This document shows positions 39,671 to 54,930 of a DNA stretch of 64,000 nucleotides, in pieces; positions within the stretch are counted from its first letter, which is position 1; each line of letters begins with the position of its first letter. A program made the translations under genes and the position numbers. The stretch comes from Octopus vulgaris (Eukaryota): positions 136,710,001 to 136,774,000 of the forward strand of contig OX597817.1 of the NCBI GenBank assembly GCA_951406725.2, written 5' to 3'. The notes under the pieces are model-generated. The model made no database searches, had not been told where the DNA came from, and saw nothing but the letters and a program-made list of their open reading frames with translations.

Positions 39671-41612
39671 TTGAACGGGTTGGTTATGCGATTCGGTTGA
39701 GACAGTGAAATAAATGGAGAAATAATCCAGTTACTGATTGAAGTTGACCATTTAATGTTTGAAATGCTTTCAAGTTTCTCTTGATTAGTCTGTTTAAAAG
39801 TACCAAAATGTAACAAAAACATCACAGCTTTCATATCTGATGCTGTTATAAATACTTAGATATTTAGATGTGATTTAATAATATTTTAATTAATAATGAG
39901 CTCTTTAATATATAAACAATGCCTTCATATTTTTCTTGCTTTATTCTATTAGTCTAAAGAAACAGTTAAAAACTTAGTGTGTGTGCATTTAGAAAATATA
40001 TATATATATATATATATATGCATATTTGCGTGTGAGTATACATGTAATTCTCGCTCTCTCTGTCTGTCTGTCTCTCTCTCTGGTTTATTTTTATTGTTCT
40101 TTATGTTGCAAAAATATACTCTTGTAACATTTTTGTAGCAGCTACAAGTAATGTCTTCAGTTTTACTCATCTCCATAAAGATGAGATATGGCTTGTCAAG
40201 CTATCATGAAAGCAAGCCATCCAAGAGAGCGGCAACTCCAAAATAAAATCAATATACACCAAGGTGTATCCAGCACAATCACCTTCATCCTTGTAGCGGA
40301 GGGGGTTGGGGTGAGGTGCGAGGGAAGAGAGATTGATTCAGTGTTTGGTTCCTATCAACAAACTGGAAATAATCCAGTAAAGTTTTATGAGTAACCTTGC
40401 TTAAACGGGAGCCGGAGCAAATGGGGGGGAACTTTATGGTTTTACTATTAAGTAAAGAGACATAATTACATGTACCTCGATGAATCTCCCTGACCGATTC
40501 CCAGAATTTTAACATTGGAATGTTTCTTCTTAAAATCTTTCATTACCTTATTTTTCCCCTCCAGCTCCCAACTCTCTCAGTTCTTCACTTTTACATGTCT
40601 GCTCAATGACATAACCATTCAATTTTATATTTAAGCTATTAAGTTATTAGTTACACATCTTCAAATTGTTAAATTCTCTAAATGGAATTTACTTCAACTC
40701 GTTACTGTCTGGAATTTCATGTCTAACTTGACAAAACATTTTTCTAGCTAAGCTTCATTCGAGATGTAGGTCTTTACTTCTATACATTTACAAATTCTTT
40801 ACTTTTTCTCTATGATTGAACATTATATTAGCATTGTGCTGCTACTAGTGATAGAATTTGATGACTTTAAACACCAATTATCCTGGACAAAATTATTGAA
40901 TAGTCAAGTGCAATACAAAATTTGAGCTTACTGGGTATATTTTTATATTTATCTAATGACAGATGAATGTATTGGTCTGGGTTGAAGTTCATAGTTAGGT
41001 CTCTATTCTAGCTCTTTGTGTGTGTGTGTGTGTTAGCTGAGGTTCAAGGACTGCATAAAAACATTGTTGAAGAGTCTAACATCTTGGAAAGGACTGGGAA
41101 GAAATCGGTTCTGTCTGGGTAAGATGGTGGAAGGTAGTATATGGCAGAAGTGAAAACTTTGAAATAGCTTGAAGAAATGATGAGAGGCTGAATAGGGATG
41201 CTAGAAAGGGTGTGGAAGTAATATTTCTGGGAAATATAGGATCACAGGAGTAGGCTGACATGATGAAAGTGAGGGAGCCTGCTTCAACAGAGAAGGACTG
41301 AAATGACAATGTACAGAGAGTTGCAACATACAGAGCATAGCAACATGCCATGAATGTGGTATGGCTTGCCTATCATGTGGGTGGGGTTGAAACATGACAT
41401 GAAAGTGCATGATGACAGACAAGTGGATCATGTTATTTGTGATCAATTGATGTTTGTAACATCTGTCCGGAAGAGTATGGATCATTGGCTGACTTGAAAT
41501 GCCACAACCATGCTGCTCACATATGAGGCCAAGTCCGAGGCACTTTAGGTGATGGTGATACTCAAGAACAAGGAAGTGGCCTTCATATATATATATATAT
41601 AGAATAAGTCAC

Positions 41613-42135
41613 AATCATCGTCATTTAATGTTCACTTTCCATGCTGATATTGGTAGGACTGTTTAACAGGGAACCAGTGAGCTGCAATGCTGTGTCAAGC
41701 TCCATTGTCATCTTTGGCATGGTTTCAACAGCTGGATGCCCTTCCTAATACTAATCACTTTACAAAGTGGTTTCGGTCCTTTTCCCCTTCCCCTGGCTCT
41801 AATAGCATTACCATGCAACTTGAAAAGCAGAAAGGAACAGGAAAAGGATGAGAAAAAATTTGTCACTGCTAAGAAGTATTTAGACATTGAAGAGAGGAAC
41901 AAGCACAGGCACCTTGCTACAGAAGGAATTTATGGCTGAAGACGGATAAGAAGCAGCTAGTGGGGGGTTGATAAGGGTGCTAGGGTAGACTATCAAGGAA
42001 CAAGAAGGTAGGCATAAGAGAGTGTATGGGCAGTAGAATATGAGAAAGGATGAGATAGTGGATGCTTTCATAAGCGTGTGAGTGGAGAGTAAACAGGTGG
42101 AGGTTGATGTTAATGTAGTGAGTAATGAATTGGGG
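41613..42135 (-). mobile_element. Family B element, long degenerate form
   Basis: (CAT)n tail, cagctggatgcccttccta, and a purine-rich extension mirroring 36400-37150. Confidence 0.6.
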
Positions 42136-43561
42136 TGGGGGTGCTGATCATAAGAAATACCAGTATAATATATATAATGCAATTTTGTTCATATTCGATG
42201 TTGGCATTTGCAATAGTCGTCATATTATACTAATATTTCACTCCTACTACTTGATTATTGATTCCCAGGCAGCGTTTATGCTTTTAATACTGCTGACACC
42301 ACTGGATAGAATGATATTGCCCGGGTGTCAAAACCATAGTGATAAACGTTAGGCAGCTGATGAAAGGAATATATATTTAATATATCTGTTCTCTGTGAAT
42401 CTTATATATCTTGAGGTTCCTTATTTCTTATAAAGTTGAACATGTTTAAGGGTTCATGATTTAAGGTGATTGCATATATTGATATTGCATTGATTGTCGT
42501 CATTCGGAATCTTATTTTAAAATAATAATTGGTTAATGGTTTCTGGGGTTGAGAGCTCCTGTGGCATATATGTGTGTGTGTGTATGTTTGCATGCATTTA
42601 TGTGTGTTTACATACTTGCAGACAGACAAACAGAGATTATATTGGAAGCTGAAACTTCAGTTTTCTTTATAATATTGATTCCAAAGTTGTTCAAAGTAAA
42701 TTTGGTGTCCTATATAGAACAATTATCAGTTCTATGTAAACTGAAGATTTGTCAGGGTTATTTAATTAACAATTCCAAATTATTTCAAATGTTGGTTTTC
42801 CATACAGTTTCTTGTAATATGGAATGTACCACTATCCATTCTGAAATCTATTACAGCTAATATCAGTATCAGATTGAACATTATTTCAAAGTTTGAATCA
42901 TCAATTCTGTTGAGTTGTTTTTCTATATACTTCCCTAGAGAGAGAATGGACGTATTACATTTTAAAGTTGTTAGTTACCAGGATGTAATAAACATTAGTA
43001 ATTTCAACGTGATAAAATGGTGTGTTTGTGGAGATTTAGTAATTTACACTTCATCAATAACTTGTTGTGTAACTTTGTTCCTCTAAAGCTGCCATTTCTT
43101 ATTAAAAAAGATTAAAAAAAGAAAGAAAAAAAATCATGTTATGTTTAGAGTTTAACAATTTGAGCAAATGAAATGAAAGAACAGGTGTTAGGTCACCGCT
43201 GTATAATAAGGTAACTGAAGATTTAACAGAGAGAAAGAAAAAAAAAAGTGAGAGATATTTAAATGTAGTAGACATATTTATTGGTATCTGTAACTATAGT
43301 TTAGTTATCATATTGACTACAACATAGATTTGATACTGAAATCAGTTTTCTCTCTACTAAATTCCATAATAATCTTGAAGAATATGTGGGTTTATGTTTA
43401 TGTCAATAGTTTTATTTCTGTTATTACAAAATATTTACGTAAAACTTTTTTTTTTAATTTCAATAATTATTTTTTCTTGAGAAAATAAATTTAACAAAAC
43501 AGCAGCCAATCATCATCAACAACTTGTTTGAAGAGCCACATTCCCCAAACATTTCTTGCAG

Positions 43562-43715
43562 GAACTCATTTACACAATGGTTCTCATGGCTTTACTTTCC
43601 TCTGACATCAGTTGCTGACTGACCATTTTCATGTGTGTGTGTGTGTGTGTGTGTGTCTCATGGATGTATGTCTCAACTTTTCATTGCTGATTAAAACTGG
43701 TGTTGTGTGAAAAAG
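43562..43715 (+). other. Candidate non-coding exon
   Basis: atttcttgcag| ... AAG|GTAAGT consensus donor; CCAAT (agccaatca) at 43504; only short uORFs inside. Confidence 0.35.
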
Positions 43716-43746
43716 GTAAGTTAGCCTCTCAGAAAATATCAATCAG

Positions 43747-43795
<49 letters not shown>

Positions 43796-43810
43796 ATAAG
43801 TATATATATG

Positions 43811-43863
<53 letters not shown>

Positions 43864-44408
43864 TGTCATATGATGGGTACTTTTGGGAGTATACTTTTGC
43901 TACCCTGGGTGATATCAGGAAATATGACACACATGCAATAATTTAACTTTTATCAAATTTCTTGGTGCTTATATAGAATGATGAAGTGAATATTAATTTT
44001 CAGAAGAAAAAAGAATATTGCATTGCATTAAAATAAAATAAAGCAATATTCAAAAAGTAAGGAAAGTTTGAAATCAAAAATGACTCTATTGATTATATAT
44101 TAAGTTCGCATGTGCACACACATGCACACACACACACATACACTCTCTCTCTCTTTCTTTCTCTCTCTCTATCTTTCTCTCTCTTTCTTTCTCTCTGTCT
44201 CTCCTCATCTTCTTTCTCAGTCTCTATGATTCATTCTTATTGTGTTTATGTGTGTAACATTCATTTACTCATTGCCTGCCACCAAGACTAGTATGTAGAC
44301 TGGGTGGCAGACAAGTCTACCTACATGTACGCTCATCCTGTGCCTCTTATGTTAACTCACTCTCTCTTTCATTATCGCTTTCTCTTTCTTGCTATATGTT
44401 ATAAAGTG

Positions 44409-44680
44409 TCATCATCATCATCATTTAACATCTGTTCTCCATGCTGGCATGGGTTGGACAGTTTGACCGGGATCTGGGAAGCCAGAAGGCTGCACCAGGC
44501 TCCAGTCTGATCTGGCAGTGTTTCTACAGCTGGATGCTCTTCCTAACACCAACCACTCCATGAGTGTAGTGGGTGCTTTTTACATGCCACCGGCACAGGT
44601 GCCAGGCGAGGCTGGCCATGGCCATGATCGGATTGGTACTTTTTACGTGCCACCGGCACGGAAGCCAGTCAAGGCGACCA
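44409..44680 (-). mobile_element. Family B element
   Basis: Closely similar to 894-1127. Confidence 0.88.
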
Positions 44681-44928
44681 GCCCGCATTTTATTGGCTTC
44701 TATTTTCTAAAGATACTCTGAGCAATACAGGTATTAAGATCAGAATAATAAAAGGCAAGAGATTGCTTGAATGCAGTGCTCCATTATGGCCACAATCCAG
44801 TGACTGAATCTGAAAAACAAAATGCCTCCGCATTTATCTCTGTAGATATCACGTGTCCCATAAGCATTGCAGCATTTAGTCATGAATTTATTGTTAAATA
44901 CTGAATCATAATAATGAGATATCTCGTG

Positions 44929-44963
<35 letters not shown>

Positions 44964-46006
44964 TTGTGTACAAATTGATATCTGCATGAGTAAATCTCTA
45001 TACATTTCTGCTGTATGTAATATTGGATATCCATTATATTTTAAATATATGACAACATTTGTCCCCCACCTTTTTTTTTTTTTGCTTAATTTTTATTTCC
45101 TATGTATTTATTATATTATTAATTCTTTTGCTGATTCTTAAAAAAACTTCATTATTTCTGATGTTTTCAGTTAGCTCGCTGACTGAGCATAAGTACTAGG
45201 ATATTGATCTCTAACAAGATATTTGTGTGTGTATGATATATATATATATATATATGAAGTGGGGTGGTGAGGAGCAGTAAATGATTTGAAGTATAAACAT
45301 GATGTAGTAAAAAAGTAAGAAAAGAATAAGAATGATCAACTTGAAGTTTCTCATTGGTAATTTGACTAAATGAGACTTTGTTAAATGAAATTAGAGATAA
45401 GAATATTAATGTGTCGGTCTATCAGCCACAGAAGTAGTTTCGGAGTGAGAGAACAACAGAAAAAAGGGAGAGTAAGTAAGATGGCAAAGATAGAGGGTTT
45501 GCCTTTCATCTTGTCCAGGCCTAAACTGCCATCACCACTGTCTCCACCTCCACCATTATTATGTGTTGAAATATCATTTTAGTGATGATGGGGTGTAGTA
45601 GTAGTAGTAGTAGTGGTAGTGGCGGTGGGGATAACAGTTATCAAAGAAATAAATCACAGCCATTGTATTATTCCACTCGCTCTCCTTCTCGCCTTTCTCT
45701 CTCTCCCCTTTTCTCTCTCTCATCCCAATTCAATTTTTCCCTCTTTTTCCCCCTCCATAATTTTTTGACTCTTATATATTTTCTTCATATTTTACTTATC
45801 CTTTAATATATTCTGTAATGTTTTACTGAGACTGGTTTCTCCTATTTCGTTCTTTTATTCTCATTCTTTTTGCCTTGCTTCTCCACATCACTTGCTCTCC
45901 ATCTCTTCCTACTCTCTATCATGCCTCCCTGCTCTTCATTTCACTTGCTTTACTTTGTACTTATATTTTCTTCTTATATTTCAAATGTCATGTTATTCAT
46001 TATCAG

Positions 46007-46066
46007 TTCTTCTTCTTCTTCTTCTTCTTCTTCTTCTTCTTCTTCTTCTTCTTCTTCTTCTTCTTC
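46007..46066. repeat. (TTC)n microsatellite in a long pyrimidine-rich tract
   Basis: Visible directly. Confidence 0.95.
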
Positions 46067-46590
46067 CCCCTCTCCCTATACCAACCTGTCACCATATTTA
46101 CCAATATTCTGTCAACCCCTCCCCATGGCACCCCTCTCCCACCCAACCTCATTTCCTCCTATCTTTTCCATTTCACTTGATAGTCTCTCTCTTCATTATT
46201 TTTACATAAACTACTGGTCTTTCTGGATGCACCCCCCTCTCTCTTTTTCACAGACTTCTTCTCTTCTTTCCCCTCTTCTCAATAATTCCTGTTCCATGTT
46301 CAGCCATCCCCCCACTTTCTACACTAATTGAATTTATAATTAAAAAATATTTTGTGTTGTTTTTGTTATCATTGCTGTTATTGTGTGGCATTACCACCAC
46401 CACCTCCACCATCACCACCACCACTGTTGTTGTTGTTATTAGTATTGTTGTTGTTATCACTATTGTCACTGTCAACATTCTCGTACCATCCCTCCTCCTC
46501 ATTCTCACTTTAACCATCACTACCACCACCACCTTCATCACCGTCATGATCATCATAATTAATATTGTTGTTTACTGATATATATATTTA

Positions 46591-46626
<36 letters not shown>

Positions 46627-46713
46627 CATATCTGTATGTATGTATTTGTGAATGTGTGTTGTGTTTGTATATATATATATATGTATGTACTTGTGAATGT
46701 GTGTGTGTGTGTG

Positions 46714-46757
<44 letters not shown>

Positions 46758-47205
46758 CTGTATATACATCCATTATTTAATAATTAATTTGTTTTCTTTT
46801 GTCTTTGATTCTCATTTTGATCTTCAATTTCACCTCAGGTAAAACCAGACCACATTGCTTTATTTTCTAACTGCAAATAAATACTTCACTTCATTCGTAT
46901 ATTGATATTTTTCACACATACATTAACTCTTTCAGTCGCACACATATTTTGTCCTTGGATAATTCCTCCCACCCATCCACTCCTGTAGAAGGAGCCGTTG
47001 AACCTCTTCTTTGTATTTTCCTTATGAAATACACACACTCTCACAGTTTGTCATTGATATATCTTTACACAAATTTTTAAAACTACAATATATAAAATAA
47101 ACTTTAATTTTGCAATCAGCGTATCTGTACTTGGCCCCTTCTGTTTCTTTTAACAGGAAGTTTTATAGTTTGTGGAGTTATCAGCTCCTCCTTCTCATCC
47201 CCCTC

Positions 47206-47238
<33 letters not shown>

Positions 47239-47507
47239 TTATATTATACTTGACATTTTATCAGCTTGTCAGTGGTTTCATATATTGTCACTTAAACTAC
47301 AAAAAAAAAACCCAAAAAACAAAAAGAAAACCCACAAACTCATAGGATAAATACAGTCTTTGATACATTGTGTGTGTGACAAAGAAATCGAAATGATCTT
47401 AGCTGGAATGTATTTGATCATTAGTCTGCTTAATCAGGACTTAGCTGGGAGTTAAACAATAACAACTGACTTTGTGTACAAGCCATAGTTTTCTGGAAGA
47501 AGTTTAA

Positions 47508-47870
47508 ATCATCATCATCATCACCATTTAACGCCTGTTTTCCATGCTGGCATGGGCTAGATGGTTCAATTGGGATCTGGGAAGCCAGGAGGCTGCACCA
47601 GGCCCCAATCTGATCTGGCAGTGTTTCTACAGCTAGATGCCCTTCCTAACATCAACCACTCCGAGAGTGTAGTGGGTGCTTTTTACGTGCCACCAGAACA
47701 GGTGCCATGGGAGGCTGGCAAAAGCCATGATCGGTTGGTGCTTTTTACATGCCACCGGCACAGGGGCCAGAGACGCTGGCATCAGCCATGATCAGTTGGT
47801 GCTTTTTACATGCTACCGGCACAAGGGTCACAACTACAATTTCCATTTTTTGACTTGATTTGATTTTGAT
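47508..47870 (-). mobile_element. Family B element with three internal repeat units
   Basis: ggtgctttttac(g/a)tgc unit occurs three times at about 60-bp spacing. Confidence 0.88.
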
Positions 47871-48343
47871 ATTGTATCAATCTCCAGTTAAGATTCTATA
47901 GGTATGGTTTTTGAAGCTCATGAATGGCTATTTCAGTCTCTGTTTTGTCATTTCAGACTTCTCCATTATTATAACAGTCCCTATGTTATTCATTAATATT
48001 TTTCTGTCATTATTTATTTATCTATCCATTACCAGAGTCTCTCTGTTAAATGCTGAAAGCAGAAATGAAGAAGTTTAAATTAATTTCTCTTGCCATACTA
48101 ATATTACAGGGGACAGAGGTGTCGTAAGGATTCACCCATAAAGTTCTGGATTGTATGCCACGTCTGTCTGTCTGTCCCTCTCTGCTGTAAATAATGTTGT
48201 TACTCCAAAATCTTTAACCCTCTACATATTTACTCTTCTATTCATCTATATTTTGGAACTTCCTGTTGTAATTAATTGAAAAGACTTTCAAATTCAGACT
48301 TTTTAGAGAAATCCTTATCCAGGTTTCTGTATTGATCACATCA

Positions 48344-48729
48344 TCTCTCTATATATAAATGGCAGTTTGTCTGTGCGTGTTTCTGTGTGTCTGTTTTCTT
48401 GTACCCTCACCCTGACCACGGCTTTCAACCGATTCTGATGAAACTTGACACACGCATAGCCCAATGTCATAATTCAAAACTAACGCAGCGAAAATTTTGA
48501 AAAGTTCCCCCAGTTCTGAAAAAATCGATAAATTCGACATGGGGTCGAGAATAAAAAAAAACAAACCACAGACTGTCTAGGGGACGCAACTCAACCTTTT
48601 TTTACTCTCAAAAAAAAATTTACCATCATTTTTTTTCCATTTTTTTGCTATTTTTTGGCTATAACTCTCTAAAGATGCTTTATAGTTATTTCCCTTACAA
48701 ACCTGAGCAACGCCAGGCGATACTGCTAG
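48344..48729 (+). mobile_element. Non-autonomous Helitron
   Basis: A|TCTCTCTATATATAAA 5' end, subterminal hairpin cctgagc-aac-gccagg, 3' CTAG|T, no TSD. Confidence 0.88.
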
Positions 48730-48890
48730 TTTAATATAAAATTGTTAAAATGAATGAAAGTTCAGAAAACTGTTTTTTTGAATTCTGATCAATATCAATG
48801 TCCAAGTGATGTGTTATAAGTCTCACCCAGACTGCTTTAGCTTGTTGCACACACACACACACGCATGCATGCACACACATGCATGCACGT

Positions 48891-48928
<38 letters not shown>

Positions 48929-51234
48929 TAGTGCTAGAAAAGAAATACTTTTGCATTATCAATTAAGTTTATATTAAATCTTAATTGATTTTTCAAAATC
49001 ATGTGAAACCTGTAAAAATAGTAATGAATACATAAATATTTATGTTATTAAAGGGTTTCTATCCTGACTCAAAGATCCTCTAAAGTGTGTTGGCATTTAT
49101 ACCCTTTCTGGTTGTTTTCTATATTTAAGGAATGGTTTGGTTATAATAAATGGTTAATTAGTTGAAGTTAGGCTAAAATGTACAACAGTATCTTAGTTAC
49201 AAGGAAGCTCTGTCTAGGAGTAGATTTTTGATTGAAATATGTTGTGTAGGTTTTGAGGAGTAGAATTTCAGGTTTACATATAAATAGTGTATTATAACCA
49301 ACAATCTCTGATGACGAAAAATCATTTTAATAATGTAAAGGGTAGAATGACAAAACAAAACAAAATAATGGTTTTATGAAGTCAGTGGAATGTCAGAGTT
49401 CTCAGTGAATGAAGACTAAGGGAGATGAGGTGTGTCTTTTGAATGGTAGGGGTAACAATCCTGAATGGAAATATATTTGTGCCTTGTACAGGTTTAACCC
49501 TTTTAGGGGTGAAGTATTTTGGGCATTTCCAAAATACTTTCCCCACTTTCATACAACATTACCAATATCTATAAAAGACATCACTTGAAATGTATTGTTA
49601 GAGACAAGCAGATAGAAGACACCGAGGGGAGTGTGTAGGGACCATTGTCTTCAGTTGATGTAGAGTTAGCAATTAGTGGGTACTATTTGAAATAGGTACC
49701 TTTGACTTGAGTAGATATTGCAGGTGATTTGATAAATTTGCTCAAGACAATGGCACCTCCCCTCTTGTCTACTGTATCTACTCAAATCTACTCAGCTTGT
49801 GTAAACAATAAATGAGTCTCAGACCCAGAGGTTTAGTTTAATGTTGAACCTGTACAATTGGTCGACTGGTTTATGGTAAACACTTTTTCAGAGAATATTT
49901 TTTATTTCCTCCTGTCGGTTAATATTGCATCATTCTGTTGATGGCTATTTTCAATGGTTGCAACAGAGACATTTAGGATCAGCATAATTAACCCTAATTA
50001 ACTAGAGCTGTGATCAGTGACAATCCACCCATGGCCATCCTATCTTTCTAGATGTTTATATCATCTAATATGGTTTCTCTCTCTCTTGGGGATAACTGAC
50101 GAAGAATGTAATGAATGGCCTTTTAAGGATGTGGAGTATGTATAATGTAGAGAGAAGTAGAGTTAAAATGAGTAGATATGGTGAAAAGAGGGAGCATAAA
50201 AGAGTATTTTTAGACCCCCTTTTTTTCACACTCCCACCACTATTTGTGAGTAGTGGTGGGAGTTATTGTAGACTATGAATAGCTTTATGAAGATGAAGAG
50301 GAGGAATTTTATAGAAGACCTTCTGTAGCTTTGTGTACATTATTTCTACCATTATAAAAGGTTTTGTGATTAGCTATGTGTGTGTGTGGTTAAGCTGTTA
50401 TTGGGAAGCTGTGTGGTTTATAAAATAAGTAAATAATGGAAAATGAATAAACCGAAACTGTGCGAGTGAAATGTGTCAGCAGGAATAAATATAAATGGAA
50501 GATCAACAAAGGCTTGCTTATAAGATTTGACTGGAAGGAATGACTTTCAAAATATCCATATTTTGTTTACTGAGAGGATGACTTTTGAGCCCTGGGCAAG
50601 ATAGTTCCAAGTCCTTACCATGATGTCTTAGTCAACAGTATTGTTTATTAATGCTATTTAATGTGGAAGTAACAGACATAAATAAGAATATCATCAAAAT
50701 ATTTACTCCAGAAGCTTTCTTATTTGATAAAAGATTAAATATATAAAAAACAAAGTGTTTTAATTTAATTTGATTTAAGAAATGCAGTGACATCAACAAA
50801 TGTAATTTGGAGAAATTAACATGGTTTTCTTTGTGTGCGTGATGGCTGCATAATACTTACATACATATTAAGTCCATATTTGTAAACCAGTATTAAACCG
50901 GTATAGAAGTATAAAGATTGTGACATGAAACAAGTTTGTTTGATCTGATGATCTGACTGTGGCTGGGTGTTTTCTACAATCAGATTAACATAAGCCATGG
51001 AACTTGAAATTTGGTTAAGGGAAACAGTGCAGAAGCCTTTTAAATGAACTGTACCTGTGGTTCAAAGAGCCTACTTTGTCATACACTATCGCACTGATTC
51101 TGCTAGAGGACACGAGTGTCTGTGGAATATTCAGCCACATACAAGGAAGTTCATTGGATTGAATAACAGGAAACGATTTGCCAAATACAATATCTATATA
51201 TTATATATGCATTTGTATATACACAATCGTATAT

Positions 51235-51390
51235 ATGCGTGGCTGTGTGGTAAGAAGTTTGCTTTTCAACCACGTGACACTGGGTTCAGTCTCAATAGGT
51301 GGCACCTTGGGCAAGCGCCTTCTGCTATACTTCGGGCCAACCAAGGTCTTTTGGGTTAATTTCACTGACGGAAACTGAAAGAAGCCTGTC

Positions 51391-51426
<36 letters not shown>

Positions 51427-51600
51427 GTCTGTGTTTGTCCCCTACTATGTCTTTGTAAATTAGCATTTTTGCGAAAGAGAACTAACTATCGAATAAGCAG
51501 AAAGCTTAAAACAAATAATTATGGAGGTTGATTCATTAAATTTTTTCAAGCCGCTGCCCCAGCATGGTCACAGTCAAATGACTGAAACAAGTAAAATAGA
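51235..51600 (+). mobile_element. SINE family A, full length
   Basis: gtggctgtgtggtaagaag...gcaccttgggcaag...gccccagcatggtcacagtcaaatgactgaaac. Confidence 0.85.
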
Positions 51601-52144
51601 TAAATAAATAGATAGATCATACTTTCCCACCCATCTCATATGGATAGTTTTTTTGTTTTTTTTGATTTTGTTAAATTTCTTACAGCAAATTCAAGTAATT
51701 TAAAGCAATTTAAAAAAAAAAAATCTAATCTTTAATAAAAGAAAAGAGCCTCCGGTGTAAATATATATTCAATGCATTTATATTTGTAACTATTGTTGCC
51801 ACACTAAACATTGTTAATAAATAAATCTCTATACCTTCAGAGAGATAAATTATAAACAGACAGGTGTACACACTCACACACACACACACACCCTTATCTT
51901 TATTGTTGCAACATTGATTGGTCTATGTTGCCACATATGGAATGAAGCTGTCATATGGTCCCCCTCCCCCGGCTGTTTTTGATTGTGTATTTGTCTGTCT
52001 GTCTGCCTGTCTAGCTCATGTTCTTTCTTTCGCTCCCCCAACTCACACTTCCTGACATTGGGCAAGGTGTGTGTGTAGGAAGAGAGAACTTTTTAAATGT
52101 TTTCTTACACTTTGGGGTATTAAATTTCATAATCTAAAACTGTA

Positions 52145-52535
52145 TCATTTTCCATGCTTACATGGATCAGAGAGAATTCAAGGAGGTAGATTTTCTATGG
52201 CTGAATGCTCATTCTGTTGTTAACTTTCATCTGTTTCCAAGCAAGGTAATATTTCTCTGTAGCTGGACATGTTTTCACGGAAGATTGGAAACAAATGACA
52301 CTGCTTGTATGACAGTGACACTTGTTTACAACTACCATGTGATATTAGAGCAAGAAAGCATGTGCGCACACACACACACACACTTGATGGACTTCTTTCA
52401 GTTTCTGTCTTCCAAATCCACTTGCAAGGCTTTGGTCATCTTGTGGTTATAGTCGAAATCACTTGCCCAAAGTACCATCTAGTGGGGCTGAACCTAACTG
52501 TAATCATGCATGAGCTTAATCACCCAACCAGATAT
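52145..52535 (-). mobile_element. Old family-B-related element followed by a SINE A 5' half
   Basis: ttttccatgcttacatggatcag...(paralog of 35745-35960), then tttcagtttc...acttgcccaaagtacc. Confidence 0.6.
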
Positions 52536-53264
52536 GCATGTATAGTATTTTGTTGTTGTTGTTGTTATTGTCTAGCCCTGTAATAGGGTGCTGGGGGGAG
52601 GGGGTGCAATGGCAAAGTTCTGCAACAGGTAAAAAGAGATGATTTTTACTATTCCACTTTGTTTATTATTTAAATCTCAAAGACAGACTTTTATCAAAGT
52701 ATGGAGTGTTCTGTAATTATGAGAAGGTAGAGTAGATTTATCATGGAATTAATTAGTGAGATTAACCAATGATCAGTGCTGTTCATTTGGATAAAGACAA
52801 TCTTAGACTTTGTTTCAACTTCTCTAAATACTAATATTCAAAAGGTCAATACTAAGGAAAAATGATGATATTTATATAACTTTAACTGTGACCTTTCACT
52901 TACTAAACGTATGGATTTGTATTTTCGTCGACAGTTGCTTTCCGTTTCTTTTTATATAAAATCTAAGCAAATATTTGCATCTGAATGTTTGATTCATGGC
53001 AAATAAATTGCATGTTTTCTATTTTCTGCTAATGAGTCACTTTGAATCTAGCAGTTATTTTATATACATTGCGATTTATTGATAAACGTATGTTTAAAAC
53101 ATCATATAATATCTTCTTCAGTTGCTTAATATATGTCTATAGCTCTACACATGTTTATTTGTGCACTCTCTCTCTCTCTCCTCTTTCTTTCTCTTTCTAC
53201 GGCAATTTTCCAAAATGGCTAAAATGGAATGGTTTAAACTAATTCAAGAACACTGAGCATGTAA

Positions 53265-53314
<50 letters not shown>

Positions 53315-54229
53315 CATATGTATGTGTGTTTATAATATATATATATATATACACACACACACATTCATGGAAATATATATATATATATATATATCCGTGT
53401 CCATGTGTGTATGTATATATTGTGGCATTATGAAGCTCAAGACCAAATGTCTATTTAAGTCTAAATTTACCATTCATCATGAGATATGAAATATTAAATT
53501 CTCTTGTAGTTTTTCTGTTCTCTTATTTAAATAAATGACTGATGAAGTTGGTTCCATGCTTGTGACTTTAATATGTGCTGCTGCACTCAAAGACGGTCTC
53601 AAGTGAGATCAAGTTCTTACTTTTGTTATTAACATGCTACTGTGTAGAATGGTTTCTATACTTCTTGCCTTTATTGGGAATCATATACAGACAAAGTACC
53701 TTTCTGGAATTACTTTTAAATCTTCATGCTCCAAGTTCAAATCTCACTTAACATTGCAGTTCATTCTTTCTGTATAAAATAAGGATCATAAGACGAGAAA
53801 TAGGGTCAGTTAAGTCATCTGTGCTCCTTTTCTCAATGTATAACCTTTTCTTTTTATAACCTTACAAACCCTTTCTTGTTAGCCCTCATTTAAAGATTAA
53901 TTGCAGTAAGCTCCCTCTTTGGTAAGAATGGCTGCACACACACACTCATATGGGTTGAAACGATCATTGTGATAAATAAAGAATTTCATGAATTCCATTT
54001 TCTTTATCATCCTGTTTCTCATTTGTTTTGCACACATATTCACACACATTCATACATTCTGTAGTAAAGTGGTTGTGGTTGGCATTATGTTAGGCATCCA
54101 ACCATAGATGTCATCGCAAAGAAGACATTGGAACACAATGCAGTTGTTGGACTTATTGGATCCTGTCAAACTGTCCAACCTCTGCCAGTATGGCACAGGG
54201 ATATTAAATGATAACAACATGTGGGTGAA

Positions 54230-54233
54230 CATA

Positions 54234-54291
<58 letters not shown>

Positions 54292-54533
54292 TGTATACGT
54301 ATATATATATGTATGTATATGTATATATATATATATGTATATATATATGTGTGTGTATATATATATATATGTATATATATATATGTATATATATATATGT
54401 ATATATGTATATGTATATGTATATATATGTATGTATATATATATGTATATATATATGTATATATATGTATGTATATATGTATGTATATATATATGTATGT
54501 ATATATATATGTATGTATATATATATGTATATG

Positions 54534-54585
<52 letters not shown>

Positions 54586-54631
54586 TGTATATATATGTAT
54601 GTATATATATATATATGTATATATATGTATG

Positions 54632-54680
<49 letters not shown>

Positions 54681-54681
54681 G

Positions 54682-54718
<37 letters not shown>

Positions 54719-54858
54719 GTATATATATATATATATACATATACACACACACACTCACACACGCATGTGTGTGTGTAGTATATATATCTATACACTTAAA
54801 TATTATTTCTATGTGTATTCATACATATATATGTATACATATAAATGTATATGCATAC

Positions 54859-54903
<45 letters not shown>

Positions 54904-54930
54904 AAATATGTATACAAACACACACACAAC
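54230..54930. repeat. Compound (TA)n/(TATG)n microsatellite
   Basis: Visible directly; a second block lies at 55468-56175. Confidence 0.95.

Noticed and set aside
42330-42410. CTGATGA in a possible PLE-type module
   Set aside because: No properly placed GAAA, stem III or stem I.
47670-47830. CRISPR-like spaced repeats
   Set aside because: These are internal tandem units of family B with homologous spacers, in a eukaryotic context with no cas genes.
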